64,000 nt of DNA from Spirochaetia bacterium (GCA_965203515.1 OZ241907.1:3040001-3104000), one strand, 5' to 3'; shown: positions 42,214 to 51,541, counted from the first letter of the stretch. Program-made: numbers and translations. Notes: generated by a model from the sequence alone, not told the origin.

Positions 42214-43166
42214 GCGGCGCCCGCCTGGCGCGGCGCGTCGGCCTGGCGGCGGCGGTGGCGGCGATCCTGCTGTTCGCCCTGTTCCCGTTCGTGCAGATGC
42301 TGTCGCTGTCGCTCAAGTACCAGCCGGATTGGGGCAACCCGTCGCTGCTGCCGACGCGGGTGAACTGGCAGGCGTACCAGGAGCTGCTGGCGATCGGACA
42401 GGAGCTGCGGGACGTCCCGGAGTCGGCGCGGCGGTTGCTCGACAACCCGGAGCTGAGCGCCGCGCAACGGCAGGCGATCATCGATCGCTTCCGGGACAGC
42501 GGCGACGTGTTTCCGTTCCTGCGCTACTTTCGCAACTCGATGGCGCTGTCCGGCGCCGCGGCGCTGGCGTCGCTGGCGCTGGCCACGCTGGGCGCCTACT
42601 CGTTCAGCCGCGTCCGCTACCGGGGACGGACGGTGATGCAGCGCGGCGCGCTGTTCGTGTACATGTTCGGCGGCATCCTGCTGGTGATCCCGCTGTTCCA
42701 GCTCACCGTGCGCTCCGGGTTGGCCAGCACCGCCGGCGGCACGTTCGCCGCCGTCCTGGTGATCTACCTGGCGCAGACCCTGCCGGTGTCGCTGTACATG
42801 CTCGGCAACTACTTCCGCACCATTTCGTCCTCGCTCGAGGAGGCGGCCATGATCGACGGCTGCAGCCGGGCGGCGACGATCGCCCGCATCATCATTCCGC
42901 TGGCGCTGCCGGCGCTGGCGGCGGTCTTCATCTATTCGTTCATGATCGCCTGGAACGAGTATCTGTTCGCGTCGGTGTTCCTCAAGTCGTACAGCGATCT
43001 GCATACCCTGCCGCTCGGTCTGCGAGCGCTGTTCACCTCCAAGAACGCGATCTGGGACCGGATCATGGCCGGATCGATGCTCACCGCGACGCCGGTGGTG
43101 GCGCTGTTCATGGTCGTGCAGAAGTACATGACGCAGGGCCTTTCGGCCGGCGGCGTGAAGGGATAA
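42207..43166 (+). CDS. Carbohydrate ABC permease
   Basis: LEEAAMIDGC, AWNEYLFA, GLSAGGVKG. Confidence 0.92.
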   Translation: MVSGARLARRVGLAAAVAAILLFALFPFVQMLSLSLKYQPDWGNPSLLPTRVNWQAYQELLAIGQELRDVPESARRLLDNPELSAAQRQAIIDRFRDSGDVFPFLRYFRNSMALSGAAALASLALATLGAYSFSRVRYRGRTVMQRGALFVYMFGGILLVIPLFQLTVRSGLASTAGGTFAAVLVIYLAQTLPVSLYMLGNYFRTISSSLEEAAMIDGCSRAATIARIIIPLALPALAAVFIYSFMIAWNEYLFASVFLKSYSDLHTLPLGLRALFTSKNAIWDRIMAGSMLTATPVVALFMVVQKYMTQGLSAGGVKG

Positions 43167-43220
43167 CGCGGTCGGTTGGAGCACCCGGCCCGAAGCTGCT
43201 ACCATGAGACGACGCACGCC

Positions 43221-44381
43221 ATGGCTACGCAACCATCCGAGCCGGACCGAAGCGGGGCTGCGGACGGCTCGCCGCGCAAGCGGCTGACGCGCTTCGTCCA
43301 GCGCGCGCGGGAGCGGGCCGAGCAGGCCAAGGCCCAGTTCACCGTTCACGGCATTACCTACGGCGCCGTCAACGGCCTGCTCGCATTGATCAACCTGCTT
43401 ACCCGCGCCGACTTCCTCTGGTTTCTGTTCCCCGCCGCCGGTTGGGGGATCGGCCTGCTGCACCACTACACCGAGGCGCGCAGCCGGGCGCAGGAGGCGC
43501 GCGAGGCCGCGGCGCTGCCGCCCGCCGGCAAAGGCGAGCTGAAGCTGGTGCGCAAGCTGTTTCGCTCCCGGCGGGGGCTCCGGCACCACCTGAGCACCAC
43601 CGTCGGCGTGACCGCGCTGCTGGCCGGGATCAACCTCTTCCTGATGCCGGAAGCGGGTCCATGGTTTCTCATCCCGATCGCCGCGCTGGGCGGCAGCCTC
43701 GCCATCCACGCCGGCACGGCGCGCGAGCGGATCCGCCGCTTGCGCGATCAGCTGCAGCATGCGGGGGCGGCGCCCGGCCGGGAGGCGGATGTCGCTGCCC
43801 TCGAGGCTGACGACGAAGCGGCCGTGCCGGCCGCGCACGCTCCGCTTCTGGTAGAGGCCGAGGAATTGCGTGCCGCGATCCTCACCGAACTCCAGGATGG
43901 CGGGGAGGACACGGCGCGTTGGCGGTCGGCGTTGCAACCGGAACTCGCTACCTATACCGGTCACGTCAGAGCCCTGCTGCAGGAGCGCCGCGACCTGGAG
44001 CGGGCCGCGGCGCGGGTCTCGGCCGACGACGCAACGCGCCAGCTCGACGACCTGCGCGGCAAGTTGGAGACGGCCACCTCGGACGAACTGCGCCGCGAGT
44101 ATCGGCACACCGCGGCGCAGTACGAAGGCCAGCTCAAGTCGCTGCAGGACCTGCAGGAACGGATCGAGACGATCGATCTGCGCGCCAAGTCGGCCGTGCT
44201 GGCCTTGCAACAGCTCGCGCTCGACGTACCACGCCTGCGCGCCGCGCCGACGGAGGAGCCGACCGCCCTGCTGTCGCTGCGCGACAAGGCGCAGGATCTG
44301 ACGCAGTATCTCGACGACCTGCGCGCCGGCCGCCAAGAACTGGAAGACGCCGGCCTGAGCGTCCGCGAGCCGCTCGACTGA
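43221..44381 (+). CDS. Membrane protein with two 2TM-like hairpins and a C-terminal coiled coil
   Basis: Repeated H...INL....WF..P motif; helical C-terminus. Confidence 0.7.
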   Translation: MATQPSEPDRSGAADGSPRKRLTRFVQRARERAEQAKAQFTVHGITYGAVNGLLALINLLTRADFLWFLFPAAGWGIGLLHHYTEARSRAQEAREAAALPPAGKGELKLVRKLFRSRRGLRHHLSTTVGVTALLAGINLFLMPEAGPWFLIPIAALGGSLAIHAGTARERIRRLRDQLQHAGAAPGREADVAALEADDEAAVPAAHAPLLVEAEELRAAILTELQDGGEDTARWRSALQPELATYTGHVRALLQERRDLERAAARVSADDATRQLDDLRGKLETATSDELRREYRHTAAQYEGQLKSLQDLQERIETIDLRAKSAVLALQQLALDVPRLRAAPTEEPTALLSLRDKAQDLTQYLDDLRAGRQELEDAGLSVREPLD

Positions 44382-44401
44382 TCCGGATCTGAGTTTCATC
44401 G

Positions 44402-45505
44402 ATGGCCATCAAGCTCGGTAACGTAACACTCGAAAGATTTCGTGCGTTCCGTAAGCTGCGCGTGCAAGGACTCGGTCGCGTGAACCTGATTACCGGGAAG
44501 AACAACACCGGGAAGTCGTCGCTACTCGAAGGAATTCGCATTCTCGCTACCGGTGCGGCGCTGGACGAGTTGCAGGATATACTGAAAGATCGCGAGGAGT
44601 ACACCACCGGTCCGGAAGCGGAACTGTCTGCCGGTTCCGACGGCGGTCTTCGATTCTCCGGCCTGTTCCACGGCTTCCCCGACATGACGGAGCGGCCAGA
44701 ACCGTTGGTCATTTCGACGGACGGCGATATTCATCCAAGAGAAGTCGCCATTCACGTGAGCTGGTTCTCACAGAAGCGTGACGAGAAAGGGAATCATGTA
44801 TTCAATGAACATAGTCCGGATGAATCGGAAGGCGTAGCCTCGATCGTCATCGCAACTCCTGACGGAATTCGTATCCGCGAGATCGAGAACCTTCGCACAG
44901 AAGTCCACCTCTATAAGGCTGGCAAGAGGACGTCCGGCGTGGGCTGCTACTTCATCGGCGCCCATAGCGGCGAAAGCACCGCCGAGCTGGGCGCGCTGTG
45001 GGACGGAATCGCGCTGTCCGACAACGAACAGGAGGTCGTGGACGCACTACGCGTCATCGATCCTCATACCTCCAGGGTCACCATGGTTGGCGGCTACGGC
45101 TCGCGCCAGCGGCGTACCGCGTTCGTGCGCACTGACAGTATCCCGCACCCTGTTCCTCTGCGCCTGTTCGGCGACGGGATGAATCGCCTGTTCTCCATGG
45201 TGCTCGGGCTCCTCAATGCTCGTGGTCGCCTGATGCTGGTCGACGAGTTCGAGAACGGGCTGCACCACACGGTCCAGTTGGATGCCTGGCGCATCATATT
45301 CCGCTTGGCGCGGAACCTTGACACGCAGGTCTTTGCGACGACCCACAGTTGGGATGCGATCGAGGCGTTTCAGCAGGCCGCGGCGGAGCATCCCGGCACC
45401 GGTGTCCTGCTGCGTCTGGTCCGCAGCGGAGACGAGATCGTGCCTACGGTGTTTGCGGACAAGGAAGTGGCCGTCGCTGCGCGCGAGCGGATCGAGGTGC
45501 GCTGA
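44402..45505 (+). CDS. ABC/SMC-type AAA ATPase (AAA_15/AAA_21-like, defence/TA associated)
   Basis: GKNNTGKSSLLE, FGDGMNR signature, LVDEFENGLH, FATTHS. Confidence 0.88.
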   Translation: MAIKLGNVTLERFRAFRKLRVQGLGRVNLITGKNNTGKSSLLEGIRILATGAALDELQDILKDREEYTTGPEAELSAGSDGGLRFSGLFHGFPDMTERPEPLVISTDGDIHPREVAIHVSWFSQKRDEKGNHVFNEHSPDESEGVASIVIATPDGIRIREIENLRTEVHLYKAGKRTSGVGCYFIGAHSGESTAELGALWDGIALSDNEQEVVDALRVIDPHTSRVTMVGGYGSRQRRTAFVRTDSIPHPVPLRLFGDGMNRLFSMVLGLLNARGRLMLVDEFENGLHHTVQLDAWRIIFRLARNLDTQVFATTHSWDAIEAFQQAAAEHPGTGVLLRLVRSGDEIVPTVFADKEVAVAARERIEVR

Positions 45506-45506
45506 G

Positions 45507-45578
45507 TTGGGCCGCAACATACTCCTGGTGGAGGGTCCGCAGCGCCCGCCGACCGCGGTCAGGCATCCCCGCCAGTGA
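45507..45578 (+). pseudogene. N-terminal stub of a TOPRIM-like partner (DUF3226/DUF4435-like)
   Basis: GRNILLVEGP immediately after the ATPase stop, then breaks off. Confidence 0.55.
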
Positions 45579-45590
45579 GCCAGAGCACGC

Positions 45591-46277
45591 ATGGAACGGG
45601 CGCACTATCACGGACACCGCCAGCGACTTCGTGAGCGCTTCCTCAAGAGCGGCTTGGCCGGGTTCGCCGAACATGAGGTCGTCGAGCTGCTCCTGACCCT
45701 GGCCATTCCCCGCCGCGACGTAAAGGAACCCGCCAAGGCGCTGCTCGCGCGCTTCGGCAACCTGCGCGGCGTCATGGATGCGCCGCGTTCCGAATTGCAG
45801 TCCGTAGCGGGCGTGGGCGAAGTCGCCGCAACCGCGCTGCGCGTCATACGCGCGGCGGCGACGCGCTACCTGCAGCAGGCGTCCGAGGACGATGCGGAGG
45901 TGCTGAGCGATCCCCGGCGGCTGAGCGACTTCTGGCGCATGCGGATCGGCGCCCTCAAGCACGAAGTGTTCGCCGTGGCGTATCTCGATTCGGCGTACCG
46001 GCTGCTCCGGGACGGCGTGGAGACGCTGCAGGAGGGCACCATCGACCGCGCCGCGGTCTATCCCCGCCGGGTGGCGGCGGCCGCGCTCCGGCGGGAGGCG
46101 GCGGCCATCGTGCTGGCGCACAATCATCCGAACGGCCTGCTGCAGCCGAGCGAACACGACAAGCTGATCACGCGCGCGATCGTGCTGGCCGCCGAGACCG
46201 TCGGGCTGCGCGTCGTCGATCACCTGATCGTGGCGGCGCAGGACACCTTCAGCTTCCGGCAGGCCGGCCTGCTGTGA
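45591..46277 (+). CDS. radC: RadC family JAB-domain protein
   Basis: GHRQRLRERF, EGTIDRAAVYPR, AHNHPNG..PS..D, VVDH. Confidence 0.93.
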   Translation: MERAHYHGHRQRLRERFLKSGLAGFAEHEVVELLLTLAIPRRDVKEPAKALLARFGNLRGVMDAPRSELQSVAGVGEVAATALRVIRAAATRYLQQASEDDAEVLSDPRRLSDFWRMRIGALKHEVFAVAYLDSAYRLLRDGVETLQEGTIDRAAVYPRRVAAAALRREAAAIVLAHNHPNGLLQPSEHDKLITRAIVLAAETVGLRVVDHLIVAAQDTFSFRQAGLL

Positions 46278-46347
46278 GCGCCGCCTGCCGTTCGCTCGTC
46301 TCGACGGCGCCGGTCCGAAAAGGGTAGATTCCGGTCAGGAGATCGGC

Positions 46348-46897
46348 ATGCCGTTTACCGTCGACCGCGAAGTTGCCGACCTGCGGCGCGACACCGAGGC
46401 CCACTTCAATCGGGTCGAGGTGCAGCTCGGGCAGCTTCTAGTCGATATGAAAGCCATCAGGAATGACTTCGCGCAACTCAACGGCGATAACCTGGAGCGC
46501 CGCTACCGGGAACGCGCGCACGCCTATTTCGGCCGGCTGCTCCGCAAGGGCCGGGTGCTGGGGCCGGATGAACTGTCCGATCTCCTGGAGGAGGCCGCCG
46601 ACCGCGGCGTCCTGTCGCAGAGCGACCGGGACGAGGTGGCGTGGGCCGACGTGATCATGCGCGGCCAGTGGCGCGCTGACGGCCGGCAGGTCATGGTGCT
46701 CGCGGAAGTCTCGTGGGTCGTCGACCGCAACGACGTGCGGCGGGCCGTGGACCGGGCGGCGCTGCTGGCCCGGCTGGGCACGCCGGTGGTGCCGGTGGTC
46801 GCCGGAGATTCCGTCACCGAGCGCGCGGCGGACATGGCGCAGCCGGAACGTGTGGCAAATGCTCGATGGCCGATTGGTCGAACCGGATGGCCAATGA
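46348..46897 (+). pseudogene. Coiled-coil/nuclease-like hypothetical protein, probably frameshifted near 46843
   Basis: LERRYRERAHAYFG..ADVIMRG..LAEVSW; plausible C-terminus VWQMLDGRLVEPDGQ* lies in another frame. Confidence 0.55.
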
Positions 46898-46911
46898 CGG
46901 CAGCCGCCGGG

Positions 46912-47312
46912 GAATCGCGGCGGTTGTCCGGCTCCTGCGAGCGATGTCCGGCGACGTGACCAGGCAGCATCTCCAGGAGGCGCTCGGCCTGAAGCACGAG
47001 GACCACTTCCGCAATGCGTACCTGCAGCCCGCCCTGCGCGCCGGCCTGATAGAAATGACCATCCCCGACAAGCCGCGCAGCCGCAGCCAGCGCTACCGGC
47101 TGACGCCGGCCGGCCGCCGTTACCTGAAACGAATGGAGCAGACGCCGGACGGGCTGACGCTTCGTAAGGTCGTAAGCGAGCCGACGCTGGTTCGGAAGAA
47201 AGGGTTCTTGGTGCATCACGGCACTGCTCGTTCCGGCATCGATATCGTCGAGTTCATCCGTGCCGAGCGCGAGGCCCGCAGCCGTCATATTACCACGGAC
47301 ACCACGGATTGA
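46912..47312 (+). pseudogene. Chimeric remnant: Fic/RecG-type C-terminal wHTH fused to the C-half of an AbrB/MazE-like antitoxin
   Basis: LQEALGLKH..HFR..YLQPAL..GLIEMTIPDKPRSRSQRYRLT, then EQTPDGLTLR..LVRKKGFLVHHG; no convincing start. Confidence 0.6.
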
Positions 47313-47386
47313 TGCGAAAACCGCGCAGCCGCAGCCAGCGCTACCGGCCCGGTTGCCGCTACCTGAGACGAATGGAGGAGACGCCG
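47073..47386 (+). repeat. Imperfect direct repeat (47073-47147 and 47321-47386)
   Basis: 28-bp identical core CCGCGCAGCCGCAGCCAGCGCTACCGGC plus a similar tail; copy 2 lacks 9 bp. Confidence 0.85.
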
Positions 47387-47389
47387 TAG

Positions 47390-49204
47390 ATGGCGAAGAT
47401 CGACGTCACCCGGACCGAGCTGGTCTGGCCGGGCAAGTACAACGAGGACGGCACGCTCAAGGAAGCGCCGCGCGTCAACCTTCCGTTCCAGGTCATAGAG
47501 ACCGTCAACGAGAGCCGCGCCACCCGCGAAGCGCGCAAGACGAAGGGCATGTCGTTATTCGACGTGTACGAAGGCACCGAAGGCGATACCTTCGAGGAAG
47601 GTTGGCGGAACAAGCTGATCTGGGGTGACAATCTGCTGGTGATGGGCTCGCTCCTGGAGAAGTTCGCCGGAAAGATCGATCTGATCTACATCGACCCACC
47701 ATTCGCGACAGGCGCCGACTTTCGGTTCGAGGCTGAAATCGGGGTGTCCGGCATCACGCTGGAGAAGAGTCAGACTATTATCGAAGAGTACGCCTACCGA
47801 GATACCTGGGGCTCCGGAATATCATCCTATTTGTCAATGATGAGTGGCAGACTTCCTTTGGTACGAGAACTTCTGAATCCCAAGGGTAGCGTCATCGTTC
47901 ACTGCGACTTTCGTCTATCCCATCTACTTGGAGAAATGCTCGATGATTTGTTCGGTCTTGGAGATCGAGGGTCTGCGGTCGACGCCCCTGGGTTTCGCAA
48001 CGAAATAGTGTGGTTATACGGTCTTGGTGGATCGAGCCCGAAGTGTTACCCGAAGAAACATGATACTCTACTCTGGTACTCAAGATCAGATCAGTGGCAA
48101 TTTGAGGCACCTATGGTACCTGCTACATCACAGCGTATGAAAGGACAAAATAAGAAGTGTCCTGATTACTGGGACATCCCAAGTATCAACAATATGGCTG
48201 ACGAGCGTACAGGATATCCAACTCAAAAGCCGGAAGCACTGCTAGACCGAATCATAGCTGCACATTCGTTTCCTGGGAACTTGGTCGCAGACTTCTTCTG
48301 CGGTTCAGGTACGACGTTGGCCGTGGCCGAGAAGCTCGGGCGCCGCTGGATCGGCTGCGATCTGGGCCGCTGGGGAATACACGTCACCCGCAAGCGGCTG
48401 CTCGGCATCGAAGACTGCAAGCCGTTCGAAATTCTGAATCTCGGCAAGTATGAACGGCAGTACTGGCAGGGCGCGGCCTTCAGCGAACAAGGCTCCGAGC
48501 AGACGCTCTACGAGTATCTCGCATTCATCCTCAAACTGTACGGCGCGCAGCCGGTCGCCGGCATGGCGCACGTGCACGGCAAGAAGCATCGGGCGATGGT
48601 CCACGTCGGCGCGGTGGATGCGCCGGTGACCATCGACGAGATCGAACAGGCGGTCAACGAATGCCAGCGGCTCCGCCAGAACGAGCTGCACGTGCTAGGT
48701 TGGGAGTGGGAGATGGGGCTGGCCGGCCCCAACAACGACCTGCGCAAGGGCGGATTGATGCACGAATCGGCCAAGGCGCACGGCGTCAAGCTCATCCTGC
48801 TGCAGATACCGCGCGAGGTGATGGAGCAGCAGGTGCGCGACGAGAACGACATGCGCTTCTTCGAGCTGGCGTACCTGGAAGCGGCGATCGACACGCCGGA
48901 TACGCTGACCGCGCAGGTGCGGCTCGAGGACTTCGTCATTCCCAACGACGAGCTGATCCCGGACGAGGTTCGCGGCAAGGTTCGGCAGTGGTCCGATTAC
49001 ATCGACTACTGGACGGTGGATTGGGACTTTCGCAACGACACGTTCATGCAGGGCTGGGTGACCTACCGCACGCGCAAGGAGCGCAGCTTGCCGCTTGCCT
49101 CCGATCCGCACCGCTACGAATCTCCCGGCACCTATCAGGTGCTGGTCAAGGTAATCGACATCTTCGGCAACGACACGTCGCAATGCTATCCGGTGACGGT
49201 ATGA
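47390..49204 (+). CDS. Site-specific DNA methyltransferase, beta class (type III Mod-like)
   Basis: NKLIWGDN, LIYIDPPF (motif IV), YPTQKP, DFFCGSGTT (motif I); GGAGGA RBS. Confidence 0.93.
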   Translation: MAKIDVTRTELVWPGKYNEDGTLKEAPRVNLPFQVIETVNESRATREARKTKGMSLFDVYEGTEGDTFEEGWRNKLIWGDNLLVMGSLLEKFAGKIDLIYIDPPFATGADFRFEAEIGVSGITLEKSQTIIEEYAYRDTWGSGISSYLSMMSGRLPLVRELLNPKGSVIVHCDFRLSHLLGEMLDDLFGLGDRGSAVDAPGFRNEIVWLYGLGGSSPKCYPKKHDTLLWYSRSDQWQFEAPMVPATSQRMKGQNKKCPDYWDIPSINNMADERTGYPTQKPEALLDRIIAAHSFPGNLVADFFCGSGTTLAVAEKLGRRWIGCDLGRWGIHVTRKRLLGIEDCKPFEILNLGKYERQYWQGAAFSEQGSEQTLYEYLAFILKLYGAQPVAGMAHVHGKKHRAMVHVGAVDAPVTIDEIEQAVNECQRLRQNELHVLGWEWEMGLAGPNNDLRKGGLMHESAKAHGVKLILLQIPREVMEQQVRDENDMRFFELAYLEAAIDTPDTLTAQVRLEDFVIPNDELIPDEVRGKVRQWSDYIDYWTVDWDFRNDTFMQGWVTYRTRKERSLPLASDPHRYESPGTYQVLVKVIDIFGNDTSQCYPVTV

Positions 49205-49308
49205 ACGAGCTACACCTTACACCCGACGAGAGCGCATGGCAGGAGCGGAGCGATCGAGGCTACCCGTTCCAACGCGCCGTCGAGCGTGAAGGCGTGTCCG
49301 TCCTGTGA
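49201..49308 (+). pseudogene. 35-codon ORF, possible internally deleted nucleotidyltransferase (MNT)-type gene
   Basis: ATGA-coupled to mod; ends PFQRAVEREGVSVL. Confidence 0.4.
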
Positions 49309-49317
49309 AATCGGACG

Positions 49318-49560
49318 ATGGCTGAGTCGGTCGTTTCGTACGACCGGGACCTGCCGCAGATCGCCGGCCGTTTGCCGTGGGAGGCACCGCGATCCTACTT
49401 GGTGAAGGAGGACGGCGCACCTACCGGCTGGCGCGAGGATCGTTCCGGGCGGCGTCCGAGCGGGTTGCTGCTGGTGCCGAAGATCCGCGACGCGGTGGAC
49501 GCTTGGCGCGCGGCCGGGTACGACGGTGCATCCGACGTGACCAGGCGTCTGTTCGCCTAC
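49318..49560 (+). pseudogene. N-terminal fragment of the restriction helicase (Res-like) subunit
   Basis: LLLVPKIRDAVDAWRAAGYDGASDVTRRLF, then coding character is lost; follows mod. Confidence 0.7.
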
Positions 49561-50023
49561 GAAGGCGGACCGCGGGCCGGACCGCCCGGACACTTCGGCA
49601 GCTACGCCGGCGGGCGACACAACTTCGGCGGCGAAGACGCGGCACCTCGGCCGGCAGGCTGCGGCGGGCGCGAAGCCGGCAGCGGCGCTACCGCGGACCG
49701 AAACTTCGGCAGCGAAGGCGGGCGGCGCGACCAGCCGCGCCATCCCGGCGGCGGTCAAACGCGCGGTCTGGCGGCGCGACCGAGGCCGCTGCAGCTACGT
49801 GGACCGCACCAGCAGGCGCCGTTGCGGCTCCCAACACCTGCTGCAGATCGATCACGTCGTGCCATACGCCCGCGGCGGCGCCGCCGAGCCGAACAATCTC
49901 AGGCTGCTGTGCGCCGCTCATCACCGCCACCGCCACGCAGGAACCGGATGCGGCGGCAGCCCCGGCGACGACCATCAGGCGCCGGTCCCGTTTAGCCCCG
50001 CTGTCGAAGGCGAAAACCGGTGA
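49559..50023 (+). pseudogene. C-terminal fragment of an HNH endonuclease
   Basis: RAIPAAVKRAVWRRDRGRC..C..LQIDHVVPYARGG..NLRLLCAAHH; no start codon. Confidence 0.8.
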
Positions 50024-50168
50024 CGCCGGTCGCTATCCGCTGAAAGCCTGTTCAATAAGTTTCAACTCATCAATGACTTGGCGGCACGCGGTTCTCGTCC
50101 GTGTCAGCTAGCGCCTAGTCTTCAATCTCAACGATTGACGATCGGCCTTACACGGTCGTTTCTTCGCA

Positions 50169-50196
50169 TCCTCGTACACCGGACATTATGTCGAAT
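50169..50196 (+). other. Candidate dif-like (XerC/XerD) site
   Basis: TCCTCGTACAC-CGGACA-TTATGTCGAAT; right arm 9/11 to TTATGTTAAAT, left arm weak. Confidence 0.35.
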
Positions 50197-50317
50197 CGCA
50201 GGCGTCATGTACAGGACTGTCGGAGTAGTGGACGACCATTTCGGGCATGCGTTGGCGCCGCGTCCGCTGGTAGCGGGACTGGTAGCCGCCGAGTGGGTCT
50301 TGTCTTGCTGGACGCTG

Positions 50318-51475
50318 TCACGGGCCGGCCGGGGCGGTTGCGAGGAAGGTGATGAAGCCGTCGAGGTCGCACACGACCTGATGGCCGCGGGCGAGCCATG
50401 GGCTGCGCCGGCAGATCAGGAATCGCCGGCCGGCGGCGATCAGGTCGGCGGCGGCGTTGAGGCGCTTCAGATCGTCGAGTCCGGGGCGGGTGGTCAGCTT
50501 GACTTCGAGCGCCCACAGTTCCGCGCCGACGCGCAGCACCAGGTCGATTTCGCGCTGGTCGCTGGTGCGGAACGAAAACGCCTCGAACGGCCGGCCGGCG
50601 TGCCGCAGGGCGGTGAACACCTGATCGATGACGAACCCCTCCCAACTGGCCCCGACCCACGGCTGATTCAGCAGCTCGCCGGCGCCGCCGGCGCCAAGCA
50701 GCGCATGCAGCAGCCCGCTGTCGCGCCAGTAGACGCGCGGGCGCTTGACGATGCGCTTGCGGATGTTGGCGTGGAACGGGATCAGGCGGCGGATCAGGAA
50801 CGCGCCTTCGAGGTAGTCCAGGTAGCCGTTGACCGTGTGGTAGGAGAGGGCGAGGCTCTTGCCGATCTGGGTGGCGTTCCACTCCTGGCCGTTGGTCGCC
50901 GCCAGCATCTGCAGCAGGCGCCGCGTGGTCGGCGCGCGGGCGGGCAGCCCCCAGTTCGGCAGGTCGCGCTGCATGAGCAGGTCCAGGTAATCGTGCTGCC
51001 ACTGCGGGAAGCCGCGCCCGGTCAGCACGCCGCCGTCCGCATACCCGCCGCAGGGCCAGAGCCGTTCCCGCTGCCCGCCGGTCAGTTCCGACCACGACAA
51101 CGGCGCCAGTTCCACTACCGAGAGTCGGCCGGCCAGCGATTCCGAGACCTGCGTCATGAGCGCCGGCGAGACCGATCCCAGCAGCAGAAACCGCCCCATG
51201 CGCCGGCGGTCGTCGTCGATGGCGCCGCGCAGGCGCGGAAACACCTCCGGCCACGCCTGCGCCTCGTCCAGCACGACCAGTTCGCGCCCGCTGACCACCG
51301 TGTCCCACGTCAGGTCGAGGCGCAGCCGGTCGCTCTCCTGCTCCAGGTCGTAGTAGACGCCGCCGAGCGACCGGGCCAACGTGGTCTTGCCGCACTGGCG
51401 CGGCCCCACCAGCGCCGCCGCCGGATAGCTGCGGAGCCGATCGAGCAGCACCGGCGTCAGGCCCCGTTCCACCAT
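50318..51475 (-). CDS. AAA_14 ATPase with DUF4143 C-terminal domain
   Basis: GPRQCGKTT, LDEAQ, SESLAGR, YWRDSGL, REIDLV..LEVK. Confidence 0.92.
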   Translation of the reverse strand: MVERGLTPVLLDRLRSYPAAALVGPRQCGKTTLARSLGGVYYDLEQESDRLRLDLTWDTVVSGRELVVLDEAQAWPEVFPRLRGAIDDDRRRMGRFLLLGSVSPALMTQVSESLAGRLSVVELAPLSWSELTGGQRERLWPCGGYADGGVLTGRGFPQWQHDYLDLLMQRDLPNWGLPARAPTTRRLLQMLAATNGQEWNATQIGKSLALSYHTVNGYLDYLEGAFLIRRLIPFHANIRKRIVKRPRVYWRDSGLLHALLGAGGAGELLNQPWVGASWEGFVIDQVFTALRHAGRPFEAFSFRTSDQREIDLVLRVGAELWALEVKLTTRPGLDDLKRLNAAADLIAAGRRFLICRRSPWLARGHQVVCDLDGFITFLATAPAGP

Positions 51476-51484
51476 GACTATGAC

Positions 51485-51512
51485 ATTTTAGAAATCGATT
51501 TCTGTTTTGCAA
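51485..51512 (-). promoter_or_regulatory. Promoter with an internal 14-bp palindrome upstream of the DUF4143 gene
   Basis: TTGCAA-16 nt-TAAAAT; AGAAATCGATTTCT at 51490-51503. Confidence 0.65.
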
Positions 51513-51541
51513 GACTCGGCGGACGCGCGGTCGCCGCGCGT

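Noticed and set aside
50044..50062. AGCCTGTTCAATAAGT as an IS terminal inverted repeat
   Set aside because: No partner repeat, target duplication or transposase was found.
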